36,399 bases of DNA, from positions 1-36,399 of IMG/VR virus record IMGVR_UViG_3300025339_000010. One strand, given 5' to 3'. Shown piece after piece: positions 9,247 through 19,365 of this stretch. Source of the DNA: a virus (taxonomy: Duplodnaviria; Caudoviricetes). The first letter of the stretch is position 1, and each line of letters begins with the position of its first letter. Position numbers and translations under genes: made by a program. The notes beneath the pieces were generated by a model, which had not been told where the DNA came from, searched no databases, and was given only the letters and a program-made list of their open reading frames with translations.

Positions 9247-10051
9247 AGAATTATCGAAAAAATTTTCTAAATACTTCTTTGAATCAAAAGTAGCTTTAGG
9301 TATAGCTACTGATGAATCACAAGAAATGTGCGGAAATATAGAAGCCATGCTAACTACATGGGGTGCAAGAGAAGGTGCAGATGGTCGTAAATTCAATTAT
9401 CAGCCAGAACCATTTAAGGCATGGGCTGATGAATTTGCTAAATCTGGCAAACCATTACCTATGTATTTCCAACACAATGATATGTCGTTTCCAGTTGGCG
9501 AATGGACATCATTTGAATTTGATGACACAGGAATGTTAGGTAAAGGCAAACTTTTTACTAACACAACTGCTGGTAAAGACCTTTATACAATTATGAAAGA
9601 ATCACCAGCAATGGTTGGTGGTGTTTCAGTAGGTGCATGGGCTGATGAATACCAAATGGTTGATGAAGAAGGTTCACCATTAGATACATCTGATGATGAT
9701 TATGAAAGTGGATATTTCCAAATCACTAAAGGTGGTTTAAAAGAAGTATCAATAGTAATGCAACCTAATAACCCAATGGCTGAAGTTAAAAAGCTAGAAT
9801 TTTTTAGAGAAGATGGAACTGCTAATCTTAAACATATCGAGAAAGCATTGCGTGAAGCTGGGCTTTCAAAGAAAGATGCTACATCCGCATCTAGCAAGTT
9901 CAATGAAATTCTTAAAATTCGTGATGAAGTTAAGAAACAAGTTGAAACCGCTCCAAGTCAAAGTGAGTTTGATGCGGATGACGAAAAGGCGATATTGGAA
10001 GCTCTCAAAGAGCGTTCATTATTAAAGAAATTAGACAAACGACTTAAATAA
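9239..10051 (+). CDS. Prohead maturation protease (HK97 family)
   Basis: PMYFQH, PVGEW, GVSVG, LKEVSIV..P.N..A; C-terminal EKALREAGLSK..A. Confidence 0.92.
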   Translation: MTKELSKKFSKYFFESKVALGIATDESQEMCGNIEAMLTTWGAREGADGRKFNYQPEPFKAWADEFAKSGKPLPMYFQHNDMSFPVGEWTSFEFDDTGMLGKGKLFTNTTAGKDLYTIMKESPAMVGGVSVGAWADEYQMVDEEGSPLDTSDDDYESGYFQITKGGLKEVSIVMQPNNPMAEVKKLEFFREDGTANLKHIEKALREAGLSKKDATSASSKFNEILKIRDEVKKQVETAPSQSEFDADDEKAILEALKERSLLKKLDKRLK

Positions 10052-10060
10052 GGAAAAATT

Positions 10061-11422
10061 ATGTCAGATAAAATTATTCAAAAGCTAGACGCAATTGAAG
10101 AAAAAACTTTAGCTCGTCAAGAAGAAATCATCAAGTCAGTAGATGAAAAACTTGAAGCTACAGTTGCTTCATTTGATGAAAAGGTGCAAGCACTTGAAGC
10201 GAAAGTTGCTTCAGTTCAAGCTCCAGCAATCGTTAAGATTGAAAAAACTGTTCGTGGTGATGTTAATAAAATGGTTAAAGAACAATTAGCCAGCTTTATT
10301 AAAACAAACGGCAGATTTGAAAAAGAAATCAAAATGTTTGAAGATGCTTCACAATATGATGCATACATCAAGGAAAGTTCTGGTTTAACTGGTTCTGGTG
10401 CTGGTGTCGGTGGTAGAACATTCTACGATCCAGTATTCCATCCACTTCGTTTAATCAACCCAATGCGTGGTGTATCTCGTTCTGTTGCAACTGATGGTTC
10501 AACATATCAATTCCGTGCTAAAGTTGGTAACGCTGGTGCTATGTGGGGTTATCCAATCAACAACAATACTTCTGCTGGTTCTGGTGTTCCTAACCCAACT
10601 ACAGAAAACACAAACATTTGGCAATTAACACTTCAAGACATCAATACACAGTTCCCAATCAGAACTGCGGCTCTTGATGACATCGATGGTTTAGAATCAA
10701 ATGTTGTTGATGATATGTTAGCTGAATTTAGCCAACAAGAAGGCTTATCAATGATTCAAAACAATGACCAAGCTGATCCAGCTACTGTATCTTATGGTGG
10801 TTCAAATGGCTTGCGTGGTTTAAATCAATATGCTGGTGCTAATGCATCTTACACAGGCGGCACATTTACTACTGCGGCTTTCGGTTCATCAGGCACAGGC
10901 TCAACAAGTGGTTTACATTCATTAAGCACATACGATCAATTAACATCAAACGGCGATAATGTAGTTGCTAATGCAGTTACTTATGCTGATATTGTTAATT
11001 TCATCTATAGCTTGCCACAACAATATTGGACACCTAATGCTAAATTTGTTATCAACCCAATCATGCTTTCAGCAATTCGTGGTTTAACAGATTTACAAGG
11101 CAGACCAATCTACATTGATGGTTTAGCTCGTGAAGATGGTATCGTTGGTTCTTTACTTGGCTTTGATGTTGTAGTTAATAAATATGTTGATTTACCAACA
11201 GGAACTACTGCATCTGTAGGCACAGAAAGCAAATATCCAATGTATTTTGCAGACTGGTCAAGATTCCATACTATCGTTGATCGTTTAAATATGATCTTGC
11301 GTAGATATGATCAAACTTTACCGGGCTACATTACATTCTATGGTGAAAAACGACTATGCACTTCAGTTGTTGATCCATTTGCTGGTGTTCGTTATCGTTC
11401 TACTGCAACTGCTACTAACTAA
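10061..11422 (+). CDS. Major capsid protein (HK97 fold) with N-terminal coiled-coil delta domain
   Basis: Follows the protease; helical N-terminus; NPMRGVS, LPQQY...A.FVINP, D..GRPI, LLGFDVVVN, PG.I.FY.EKR. Confidence 0.93.
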   Translation: MSDKIIQKLDAIEEKTLARQEEIIKSVDEKLEATVASFDEKVQALEAKVASVQAPAIVKIEKTVRGDVNKMVKEQLASFIKTNGRFEKEIKMFEDASQYDAYIKESSGLTGSGAGVGGRTFYDPVFHPLRLINPMRGVSRSVATDGSTYQFRAKVGNAGAMWGYPINNNTSAGSGVPNPTTENTNIWQLTLQDINTQFPIRTAALDDIDGLESNVVDDMLAEFSQQEGLSMIQNNDQADPATVSYGGSNGLRGLNQYAGANASYTGGTFTTAAFGSSGTGSTSGLHSLSTYDQLTSNGDNVVANAVTYADIVNFIYSLPQQYWTPNAKFVINPIMLSAIRGLTDLQGRPIYIDGLAREDGIVGSLLGFDVVVNKYVDLPTGTTASVGTESKYPMYFADWSRFHTIVDRLNMILRRYDQTLPGYITFYGEKRLCTSVVDPFAGVRYRSTATATN

Positions 11423-11440
11423 TAGCAGTTTTAATGAAGG

Positions 11441-11471
11441 AATAGGCGGTTTAATCGCCGCCTATTTTTTT
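11441..11471 (+). terminator. Rho-independent terminator between the two capsid genes
   Basis: AATAGGCGGT-ttaatc-GCCGCCTATT stem followed by a T run. Confidence 0.85.
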
Positions 11472-11490
11472 AACTAATTAGGAAAAAATT

Positions 11491-12564
11491 ATGAAAGCAT
11501 CTAAAAAAGTTTTAGAAGGTATAAAACAAGCTATACTCGAAGGCGAATCAAAAGTTAGCTTTAGAGAAGATAAAAAATCTAAAAAAGATGCACAAGAATC
11601 TGAACAAATTAACGAAGCATCTAACATTACTGGTTCAGGTAGCGGCGTTGGTGGTAAGGTAATATTTGATGAAGCATTTGCGGCACTTCGTTATGCCAAT
11701 CCTTTCCGTATGGGAAGCCGAGAAATTATTGTTAATGGTTCTGATGCTCAATTCGTAGCAAAAGTTGGTAATGCGGCAAATTCAACTAATCCATTTGGAT
11801 ATACAGTTGTGCCTAATAGTGGTTCACCAAATATTGCTACATCTATCTGGCAATTGCCAGTTCGTGTTTTATCAGCAGTTTTGCCAGTTCGTAGTGCAGT
11901 TTTAACTGATGTTAATGCATTAGAAGAAGCTCTTGTTAATGACTTAATGCTTGAATTTAGTCAGTTAGAAGGTCAATCTATGGCTTTAAATAACGATCAA
12001 TCTGGTTCATCAACAACTGCTTATGGTGCAACTTCTGGTTTAAGAGGTTTACCAACTTACAATACTGGTTCTACTGCATCATTTGGTTCAAGTGGAACTG
12101 CAAGCACTAATGGTATTCATACAATTGCTACAGTAACTCATAGCACAACTGCAATTGATTATGATTCATTAGCAGATATGGCTTCAGCTTTACCAGCTCA
12201 ATATTGGGCATTACCTACAACTGCTTGGCATATTCATCCATCACTTATTTTAGAATTGCGTGTTCTTAAAGATACAGTTGGTATGCCAGTTTATTTAGAA
12301 GTTGGTAATTCAAATGGCGGTGCAGTTGCTAATTTATTTGGTTTCCCTGTGATCCCAAATCCATATTTAGCCGCTCCCGGAACTGGTAACATTTCATGCG
12401 TATTAGCAAATTGGGATCGTTTTATGACCATTGGCGATACAGAGGAAATGACATTTAAGATGTTTGAACAAACTCAACCGGGCTTTATAAATATCTATGC
12501 CGAAAAGCGTATGGTATCCACAATTCGTGATCCATTTGCTGGCGTATTCTTGAAAGGCGTATAA
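11491..12564 (+). CDS. Second HK97-fold capsid protein (paralogue of 10061..11422)
   Basis: Colinear similarity to MCP1: TGSGSGVGG, NPFR, AKVGNA, IWQL, EFSQLEG.SM..NNDQ, GLRGL, LPAQYW, QTQPGFI.IYAEKR, DPFAGV. Confidence 0.9.
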   Translation: MKASKKVLEGIKQAILEGESKVSFREDKKSKKDAQESEQINEASNITGSGSGVGGKVIFDEAFAALRYANPFRMGSREIIVNGSDAQFVAKVGNAANSTNPFGYTVVPNSGSPNIATSIWQLPVRVLSAVLPVRSAVLTDVNALEEALVNDLMLEFSQLEGQSMALNNDQSGSSTTAYGATSGLRGLPTYNTGSTASFGSSGTASTNGIHTIATVTHSTTAIDYDSLADMASALPAQYWALPTTAWHIHPSLILELRVLKDTVGMPVYLEVGNSNGGAVANLFGFPVIPNPYLAAPGTGNISCVLANWDRFMTIGDTEEMTFKMFEQTQPGFINIYAEKRMVSTIRDPFAGVFLKGV

Positions 12565-13241
12565 TGACAACTGCTACCACTAGCGATATTCTTGCTTATG
12601 GTGGAGTGTTTCTTGCGCCAACAAGAAATCCTTTTAACTATGAGAAAATTGAACAAGTAGGAAGGGATTTATCAACAAGCTGGCTTACATTGACGGAAAT
12701 CACCAATCAATTAAATTTGTTTGGTGATGACAGTCAAGATTCATATTTAAGTGATCTTGAATTAGCAGTTAGGATGCATATTGAGGATTATTTGGGCTTA
12801 CCAATATTCCCAATTACATTTCAAACTTATTACGCAACAAGTTCTTTATATGGCAGTCCAATTTGCCTAGATTTACCAGAAGTTTCACAAGGTGCTGGAA
12901 ATACTGTAGTTAATTCAGTTAGTTTTTTTGATGATGCACAAACGCCTGTTTTAACGCCTGTTAGTTCATCTAATGGCAATTGGTATTACGATCCTACTGG
13001 TAATAAAGTTGTTTTAGCAAGTTTACCAACTAACTTTAATCAAAATATGACTGCTCCATTAGTCGTTAATTTTACTGTTAAACCAAGTTTCTTATCTCAA
13101 TATCCAGTCATTAAACAAGCTGGATTGTTATTATTAACGCATTTATATAACAACAGATCAGAAACAACAGTTGGTAGATTGGCAGAACTTCCTATAGGAA
13201 TTGATGCTTTATTAAGACCTTACAAACCATTGGTGATGTAA
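12564..13241 (+). CDS. Head-tail connector (HK97 gp6-like)
   Basis: D..QDSYL..L..A....IEDYLG; IKQA.LLLL.HLY.NR....LP.GI..LL.PYK. Confidence 0.85.
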   Translation: MTTATTSDILAYGGVFLAPTRNPFNYEKIEQVGRDLSTSWLTLTEITNQLNLFGDDSQDSYLSDLELAVRMHIEDYLGLPIFPITFQTYYATSSLYGSPICLDLPEVSQGAGNTVVNSVSFFDDAQTPVLTPVSSSNGNWYYDPTGNKVVLASLPTNFNQNMTAPLVVNFTVKPSFLSQYPVIKQAGLLLLTHLYNNRSETTVGRLAELPIGIDALLRPYKPLVM

Positions 13242-13586
13242 ATGGCTATTTCACGCTATGAAAATGTTACTGTTAATACTTTATCATTTACAACAGACGC
13301 ATTTGGCGAAAGCACAGTTGTAATAACACCTAAATTTACAAGCAGACCTTTAGTTCAGGATGTTAAAAATAGCTTGCAAATTACTGGCGATACTCGTATT
13401 TACCAAGACTTAAATAGATTTGTTTTTAACTATACGCCTTATGTGCGAGATATAGTAATTAACTCAAGCGGATATTCAATCACTTGGCGTAACCAAGATT
13501 GGCGAATAACTGATGCTATTGAAGCTAATGATAAGATGAGTGTTACTTTCTTATGTTATAGAAACGATCCAACAACAAAGGTTTAA
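13242..13586 (+). CDS. Head-closure/head-tail adaptor protein
   Basis: Position, size and a beta-rich sequence with D.FGE and I.WR...W.I. Confidence 0.65.
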   Translation: MAISRYENVTVNTLSFTTDAFGESTVVITPKFTSRPLVQDVKNSLQITGDTRIYQDLNRFVFNYTPYVRDIVINSSGYSITWRNQDWRITDAIEANDKMSVTFLCYRNDPTTKV

Positions 13587-13587
13587 T

Positions 13588-14001
13588 ATGGGACAGAATA
13601 GTATTGTTCAGTATGCTGAAGCCATACAAACTCAATTATCGAGTATAATAAGTCCTGTTCCTGTGTATTCTAATTTCAACCGAAATTATGCTACACAGTC
13701 GAAATTTGTAACATGGCATTTAAGAAATGTTCATCAGCCGGTTTATACTGGTGGCAACCAAAATGTTAAAGGCATTGATAGACCGGTATTCCAGATGAGT
13801 GTATTCTCAACTAATATGGGCGATGGAATGACAATAGCTAATACTATTATTCAATCATTACATGGCTATACTGGTCAGTTTGGCGGATCAGGCGGTTTTT
13901 GGATTTCAAAAGCCGATGTAATAATGTTGCATCATACATACGATAATACCAATGCGCTCCATTCAGTCATATTGGATTGCACACTAGATATACCAACATA
14001 A
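13588..14001 (+). CDS. Tail terminator/completion protein (DUF3168-like)
   Basis: Position before the tail tube gene; FQ.SVFS...A..I...LHGY; likely start ATG 13588. Confidence 0.65.
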   Translation: MGQNSIVQYAEAIQTQLSSIISPVPVYSNFNRNYATQSKFVTWHLRNVHQPVYTGGNQNVKGIDRPVFQMSVFSTNMGDGMTIANTIIQSLHGYTGQFGGSGGFWISKADVIMLHHTYDNTNALHSVILDCTLDIPT

Positions 14002-14035
14002 GATTTTTTAATTTTTTAAAACGGAGTAAATTATT

Positions 14036-14530
14036 ATGGCATTACCTAATAAAGTCTTACCGGGATTTAGCGCAACCCTTTATGCACAACCCGGAGCTAC
14101 ACCAACACCATTAACAGTTGCTAACTTATCTGATGAAACATCAGTTTCAGCTATTGCTATTTCAGCTAACCAAATTCATGTAGAAGCTATCCCTTACTTT
14201 GGTCAAGATGATGCTTCAGCTTCATTCGGTGTTGCTGGTGCAAGACAATCAGATATTATCCCAACTCAATCAAAGCCAACATCAATGACTATCATTGCGG
14301 CTTGGAATCCATCTGATACTGGTCTTTTATTAATTCGTGGCGATGCTTACAATGGCACAATTGACAGAACATTTGTTATCTCTGCTACTGATGGCACAAA
14401 CATTGTGAACTATGCTTTCAATGGTCGTGTATCTGAATTTAAGATTGATCCATCACCAACTGCTGAAGCTAAATGTTCATTTACGATTCATCCAAGAGGT
14501 AATCAATACGGCTGGTCAAATAATACATAA
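14036..14530 (+). CDS. Major tail (tube) protein
   Basis: GGAG RBS; beta-rich; F.GRVSEF.I......EAK.SFTI typical of tube proteins. Confidence 0.7.
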   Translation: MALPNKVLPGFSATLYAQPGATPTPLTVANLSDETSVSAIAISANQIHVEAIPYFGQDDASASFGVAGARQSDIIPTQSKPTSMTIIAAWNPSDTGLLLIRGDAYNGTIDRTFVISATDGTNIVNYAFNGRVSEFKIDPSPTAEAKCSFTIHPRGNQYGWSNNT

Positions 14531-14548
14531 TTTATAAAGATAAATAAA

Positions 14549-14776
14549 ATGACAACAACAATAAGATCAAATGATGATTTATTAAGTTATCTAGTAAGCC
14601 AAGCCAATTCAGGTCAAAAGAATTGGTTTGGTTTTGCTCAACAAAGATTAACTGGTATTAATTTAGCACATGAAATTGCAAAAAATCATGCTGATAAACT
14701 ATCGCCTGAAGAAATAGTTGATTATGTTGTCAAGCTAAATAATGCGATATATCAAAAAATAATTAAGGCAGATTAA
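14549..14776 (+). CDS. Hypothetical protein in the tail module
   Basis: 75-aa ORF with TAATG coupling to the next gene. Confidence 0.65.
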   Translation: MTTTIRSNDDLLSYLVSQANSGQKNWFGFAQQRLTGINLAHEIAKNHADKLSPEEIVDYVVKLNNAIYQKIIKAD

Positions 14777-15330
14777 TGTCATCTACAAAGTTTCAAGTTA
14801 CTGGACTTTCAGAAACTTTAGCAGTATTTGATGAATTAAAAGATCAAATAGGCGATTCAAAAGCTAGAAGCTCTGTTCTTATTCCAGCAACTAAAGAAGC
14901 TATGAAACCAGTATTATCAATGGCAAAATCATTAGTGCCTATTGATACTGGTATGCTTGAAAATTCTTTAGGCATAACTGCAAGACGACCAGACGGAAAA
15001 GATAAAAGATCAAAATATGTTAGCCCAAAAGATGCGGTTATTGCATTGGTTCAAACTAAATCAATACCAAAAAATTTAAAAACAAAAGCATCTGAATTTG
15101 TTAAAAACATTTCAGATAAGCACCAAAGAAAAATGGCTACAAAAGAGTTTTACGAATCACAAGGCATATTCTATGATGCCAGAGCTATTGCAATGGAATT
15201 TGGAACGGCTACAGTTAGTCCACATCCATTTATGAGAGTTTCATTGGAAAGCCAAGCTCAACAAGTTTCAGAATCATTGGGCAGAATATTAGCTCAAAGA
15301 ATAGAAAGTTATAAAGCAAAAAATCTATAA
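14776..15330 (+). CDS. HK97 gp10-like tail component
   Basis: V.GL.E....F..L, AK.LVP.DTG.L..S, EFGT....PHPFMR. Confidence 0.85.
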   Translation: MSSTKFQVTGLSETLAVFDELKDQIGDSKARSSVLIPATKEAMKPVLSMAKSLVPIDTGMLENSLGITARRPDGKDKRSKYVSPKDAVIALVQTKSIPKNLKTKASEFVKNISDKHQRKMATKEFYESQGIFYDARAIAMEFGTATVSPHPFMRVSLESQAQQVSESLGRILAQRIESYKAKNL

Positions 15331-15347
15331 TATTATAAGGAAAAAAT

Positions 15348-15815
15348 ATGAGTAAATTAGCAAGTGCTTTAGGTAGCAAATACGAACAAAATAAATTATC
15401 TATTTTAACTAGATCATTTGAATTAGGAAATCATACATTTAAAGTTAGAGTTCCTAGTGTTGGTGAAATTGAAGAAATTTATAATTATTTTAAAAATCCT
15501 GATGAAGCGGTTACGGAACAAATTTATCAAGAGCTTATTGCTAATTTAGTTATTGATCCAGAAGATAAAGTTGAAAAAACAGATAACGATACAATCGTTG
15601 AAGGCAGATCAATGCGAGAAGCCGCTAAAAATAAAAACATTATGCAATATAGAATTGTAAGATATATTCAAATGTTAGTGCCAGAAACAGGCAGTTTAGA
15701 TGATCTTACTTATGCAGATGTTGAATCTGAATTTCCATTAGCTATTCAACTTACTTTAATTGACAAGATTAACGAAGTTATTTCGCCTGATTATAAAGAT
15801 ATTAAGTCAAAGTAA
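15348..15815 (+). CDS. Tail assembly chaperone (lambda G-like)
   Basis: First of two ORFs directly upstream of the tape measure gene. Confidence 0.65.
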   Translation: MSKLASALGSKYEQNKLSILTRSFELGNHTFKVRVPSVGEIEEIYNYFKNPDEAVTEQIYQELIANLVIDPEDKVEKTDNDTIVEGRSMREAAKNKNIMQYRIVRYIQMLVPETGSLDDLTYADVESEFPLAIQLTLIDKINEVISPDYKDIKSK

Positions 15816-16153
15816 CCGGCTCATTAAGAACGCAAGTTCGCTCCGCAATGATTTTTAATGGGCATACACCACAAGACATAAGCGCAATAGATGAAGCTAC
15901 AATGAACGAGATAATCGTTATGTATGCTGATGGTGTTATAGGTAATAACGGAGTAATAAGAACACTAGGAAGTCTTACTGCTGGGGTATTTAATTATATG
16001 CGGTCAAACAATGCACCGCCTTATAGTTTAAAATCCATTATAGATACTATATATCCTTATATATATCGTGAACCAGAAGTTGATCCAAGCGATGCCTTGT
16101 TAGTCTTTATGAGCCAATCACCTAACTTTAGTATGGACAAGTTTAAAAGGTAA
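15806..16153 (+). CDS. Tail assembly chaperone C-terminal extension (lambda T-like), probably reached by a -1 frameshift
   Basis: The -1 frame is open from 15806 through ATG 15848 to 16153; no clear RBS before 15848. Confidence 0.6.
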   Translation, partial: VKVTGSLRTQVRSAMIFNGHTPQDISAIDEATMNEIIVMYADGVIGNNGVIRTLGSLTAGVFNYMRSNNAPPYSLKSIIDTIYPYIYREPEVDPSDALLVFMSQSPNFSMDKFKR

Positions 16154-16156
16154 ATC

Positions 16157-18070
16157 ATGGCAATTATTTCAAGATTATCGGTTTTATTAGGATTAGATGC
16201 TGGTGAATTTAATTCTAATTTAGGTAAAGCTCAAGAAGGTCTTAAAGGGTTTAATGCATCCGCATTAATTACAGAAGCCGCTATTGCTGGTCTTGGAGCG
16301 GCATTTTTTGAATTTTCCAAAAGTGCAATTGAATTTGCAGATCAAATGGCGCAAGTTGCCAAAACCAATGATGTTGCAGTTCACACAGTATTAGCTCTTA
16401 ATGAAGCATTTATGCTTAATGGCGGATCATCAGAATCAGCCGGCAAAGCTATGTCTGCTTTTAGTAAAACTGTTGAACAGGCTTATCAAGGCAATGATAA
16501 ATTAAGAAAATTATTTAATGATATTGGCGTTTCAGACAAGATGCTTGCTGAAATGGATACTCCAAAAATACTTGAGCAAGTTCTTAAAGGATTACAAAAT
16601 ACAGAACCAGCTTTAAAACGCAATGGTGAAGCTATGCAATTCTTTGCTAGAGCAGTTCGTGGCATTGATATTAAAGGCGTTGCTAAAGATTATGAAGAAT
16701 TTAAAGACAAATTTACTGGTTCAGATGAAGCATTTTTAAAAGTTAAAGTTGGTGTTGATGCTTTATCTCAATCTTGGACTGATCTTAAAACTGTATTTAT
16801 TACAGATTTTGGTCCAGCGATTGAAAAAGCACTTCACGCTATGGCTGAACTTGTATTTATCATTTCAGATGGTATTGATGCAACTAAAGCATTATTAAGT
16901 GGCAGTCTTAAAGACTTTAATAAAGTTTATGAAGAACGAGATAAATGGGAAGTTAAATATAAAGAGCATTTAAAAGAAGAAGCTGATCTTGCTAAAAAAG
17001 TAACTAGCGCACAAAATCCCGGTGGCAATTTACCATTAAGCGAACAACAACAAAAATCAACTGAAGAATTACAAAAGCAAGTATTAGCTTGGCAAGAGCA
17101 AATTAAAGATATAGGTTTAGTTAGGTCTGAAGCTCAAAAATTAGCCGCTCAAGAACAAGAAGGCGGAAAGTATGCTAAAGCATCTGCTGATGAAAAAATA
17201 AAAGCATTGCAAGTAGCAATGGATTTGGATAAAGCTCATCAAGATCAATATGCTAAAGATCAATCAAAAATTATTGATTTTGATATTGCTAGATTGCAAA
17301 AAGAAGCACAAATAGCAGATCAAGGAAGTTTACAACAAAAATATTTATTGGAACAATTTGATGCTCAAGCAAAATTAAATACAGAGCTTCAAAAAGGATT
17401 AATTAGTCAAGAACAATATACTGAATTATTAAATAAAAACTTTGATTTAATTGATCAACAAAAACAAACATTAGCCGCACAACAAACATTTAGTGCTGGA
17501 TGGAATAAGGCTTATAACGATTTTATTGAACAATCTCAAAATGCGGCGGCTTTGGGTAAGGAAGCATTTGATACTTTAATGAGTAATATGAATAGTGCTT
17601 TAGATAATTTTGTTAAAACAGGAAAATTACATTTTAAAGATTTAGTGGGTTCTATTATTGAAGGTCTTATTAAAATTCAATTACAAGCTCAATTATCTGG
17701 TTTATTTAATATGTTAGGAAATTCTTTAGGATTTGGTAGTTCAAGCTCTGGCGGATTTTCTGGTGGCATTACTAATTTAGCTCAATTTATGCCTAAAGCT
17801 GATGGTGGTCCTATATCTGCTGGATCGCCTTATCTTGTTGGTGAGAATGGTCCAGAGCTTATGATTCCCGGTCAATCAGGTGCAATTATTCCAAATAACT
17901 CTTTAAGTTCATCTATGGGAAGTCAGCCACAAATCGTTTATAATGGTCCATATATTGCCAATATGAGTGCTATAGATACACAAACTTCTGTTCAATTCTT
18001 GGCTAAAAATAAGACTGCGGTTTGGGCGGCAAATCAATCTGCTCAACAATCATTACCACAATCGAGATAA
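16157..18070 (+). CDS. Tail tape measure protein
   Basis: Long helical Ala-rich protein; lambda-like C-terminus (GW..A..DF, FVKTGKL.FKDL..SII) and ADGG...G.PYLVGENGPEL. Confidence 0.93.
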   Translation: MAIISRLSVLLGLDAGEFNSNLGKAQEGLKGFNASALITEAAIAGLGAAFFEFSKSAIEFADQMAQVAKTNDVAVHTVLALNEAFMLNGGSSESAGKAMSAFSKTVEQAYQGNDKLRKLFNDIGVSDKMLAEMDTPKILEQVLKGLQNTEPALKRNGEAMQFFARAVRGIDIKGVAKDYEEFKDKFTGSDEAFLKVKVGVDALSQSWTDLKTVFITDFGPAIEKALHAMAELVFIISDGIDATKALLSGSLKDFNKVYEERDKWEVKYKEHLKEEADLAKKVTSAQNPGGNLPLSEQQQKSTEELQKQVLAWQEQIKDIGLVRSEAQKLAAQEQEGGKYAKASADEKIKALQVAMDLDKAHQDQYAKDQSKIIDFDIARLQKEAQIADQGSLQQKYLLEQFDAQAKLNTELQKGLISQEQYTELLNKNFDLIDQQKQTLAAQQTFSAGWNKAYNDFIEQSQNAAALGKEAFDTLMSNMNSALDNFVKTGKLHFKDLVGSIIEGLIKIQLQAQLSGLFNMLGNSLGFGSSSSGGFSGGITNLAQFMPKADGGPISAGSPYLVGENGPELMIPGQSGAIIPNNSLSSSMGSQPQIVYNGPYIANMSAIDTQTSVQFLAKNKTAVWAANQSAQQSLPQSR

Positions 18071-18073
18071 TAA

Positions 18074-18760
18074 ATGGCAAATCTTAATCAAATATTAGCT
18101 ATATCAGAACAAGTAACGATTAACGATCAAAAGTTTGTTGGACAAGTTGTTTCTCGAAATCAAAGAATATCTACATCTGAAATTCTTACAGTTCAACCAT
18201 TTGCATTTGATATGAAACCAATGAATTGGCTTTTATATTCTCAAAATAGATCATTGTTATCAGCATTACGAGTTGCGGATCGTTCTACTGAACAATATCT
18301 TAATTTTGGCACAACTGGCTGGCTTAATTATATTGCTTATCAAGGTGATCTTACACCAACTCAAATTAGTGATGCTCAATGGCAAACATCTTCTGCTAAT
18401 AAAAATCTTGTATTAGGTAACTTTGATTCTGGAATTAATCCTTTATCTTATGTGGTTCGCACAGGCGATTTTTGTCAAGTGGATCGTTATGCTTATATTG
18501 CAACGGCAGATGTATTAAGAGGTTCTGGATCAACTGTAACTATCCCAGTTCATCGTAATTTAATCAATCCTTTAGTAAGTCCAGAAAATGCAGTTATAGG
18601 TCAATATGGAACAACTGTATCAATGGGTGGATCAACTTATACCGGAGTTACTTTTCCAATTATCTTACAACAATATCCAACTTATACATTAGTTCCAATG
18701 ACAAATGATTCTTTCATTGCATGGAGTTCTACATTTAAGGCTTTTGAATCAGTATTATGA
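18074..18760 (+). CDS. Distal tail/minor tail protein
   Basis: Position right after TMP; beta-rich. Confidence 0.55.
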   Translation: MANLNQILAISEQVTINDQKFVGQVVSRNQRISTSEILTVQPFAFDMKPMNWLLYSQNRSLLSALRVADRSTEQYLNFGTTGWLNYIAYQGDLTPTQISDAQWQTSSANKNLVLGNFDSGINPLSYVVRTGDFCQVDRYAYIATADVLRGSGSTVTIPVHRNLINPLVSPENAVIGQYGTTVSMGGSTYTGVTFPIILQQYPTYTLVPMTNDSFIAWSSTFKAFESVL

Positions 18761-19365
18761 ACAATATAACACCAGTCGAAAACACTAATATTATAAGAAT
18801 GGCAGATTTTGTGAGGGTAACCACACCTTCTGCTACTTATCGTTTTGCAACAACTCCCTATGTTATTACAGTTCCAGCAGTAGATTCTCAACCATTTGAT
18901 GCATTAGGCACATTAGTATCTATTGGCGATGCTCAAAGAGATATTAAATCAACTGCTAATCAAACATCTATTACTTTAGTGGGATTAGATACTGCATTAT
19001 TAGGATGGGTATTATCTCAACAAGGTAAAGGTTCTATGATTGAAATGTGGCATGGATTTTTTAATGCTGATGGAACTTTAATTACTTCTGGTGGAGCTGG
19101 TGGTCTTTATAAATTTTTTACTGGATATATAAGCAATTATCAAATTGGTGAACAATGGAGTGAATTAACAAGATCATATATTGGAACAATAACTGCTATT
19201 GCGGCTAATACACAAACCATTTTAGCCAATCGTTTATCTGGTCGATATACTAATGACAATTCATGGGAATATTGGAATCCGGGCGATAGCTCTATGAATA
19301 GAGTTGCATTTATTCAAACTATTAATTACGCATTTGGATCAACTACACAAAATAATAAACAATGA
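18757..19365 (+). CDS. Minor tail (hub-like) protein
   Basis: ATGA-coupled; C-terminal RYTND.S.....PGD.....V pattern of tail-tip proteins. Confidence 0.55.
   Translation: MNNITPVENTNIIRMADFVRVTTPSATYRFATTPYVITVPAVDSQPFDALGTLVSIGDAQRDIKSTANQTSITLVGLDTALLGWVLSQQGKGSMIEMWHGFFNADGTLITSGGAGGLYKFFTGYISNYQIGEQWSELTRSYIGTITAIAANTQTILANRLSGRYTNDNSWEYWNPGDSSMNRVAFIQTINYAFGSTTQNNKQ

Noticed and set aside
11491-12564. Second capsid gene as an assembly duplication or pseudogene
   Set aside because: Highly diverged at the DNA level, intact ORF with its own RBS, and coupled to the gp6-like gene.
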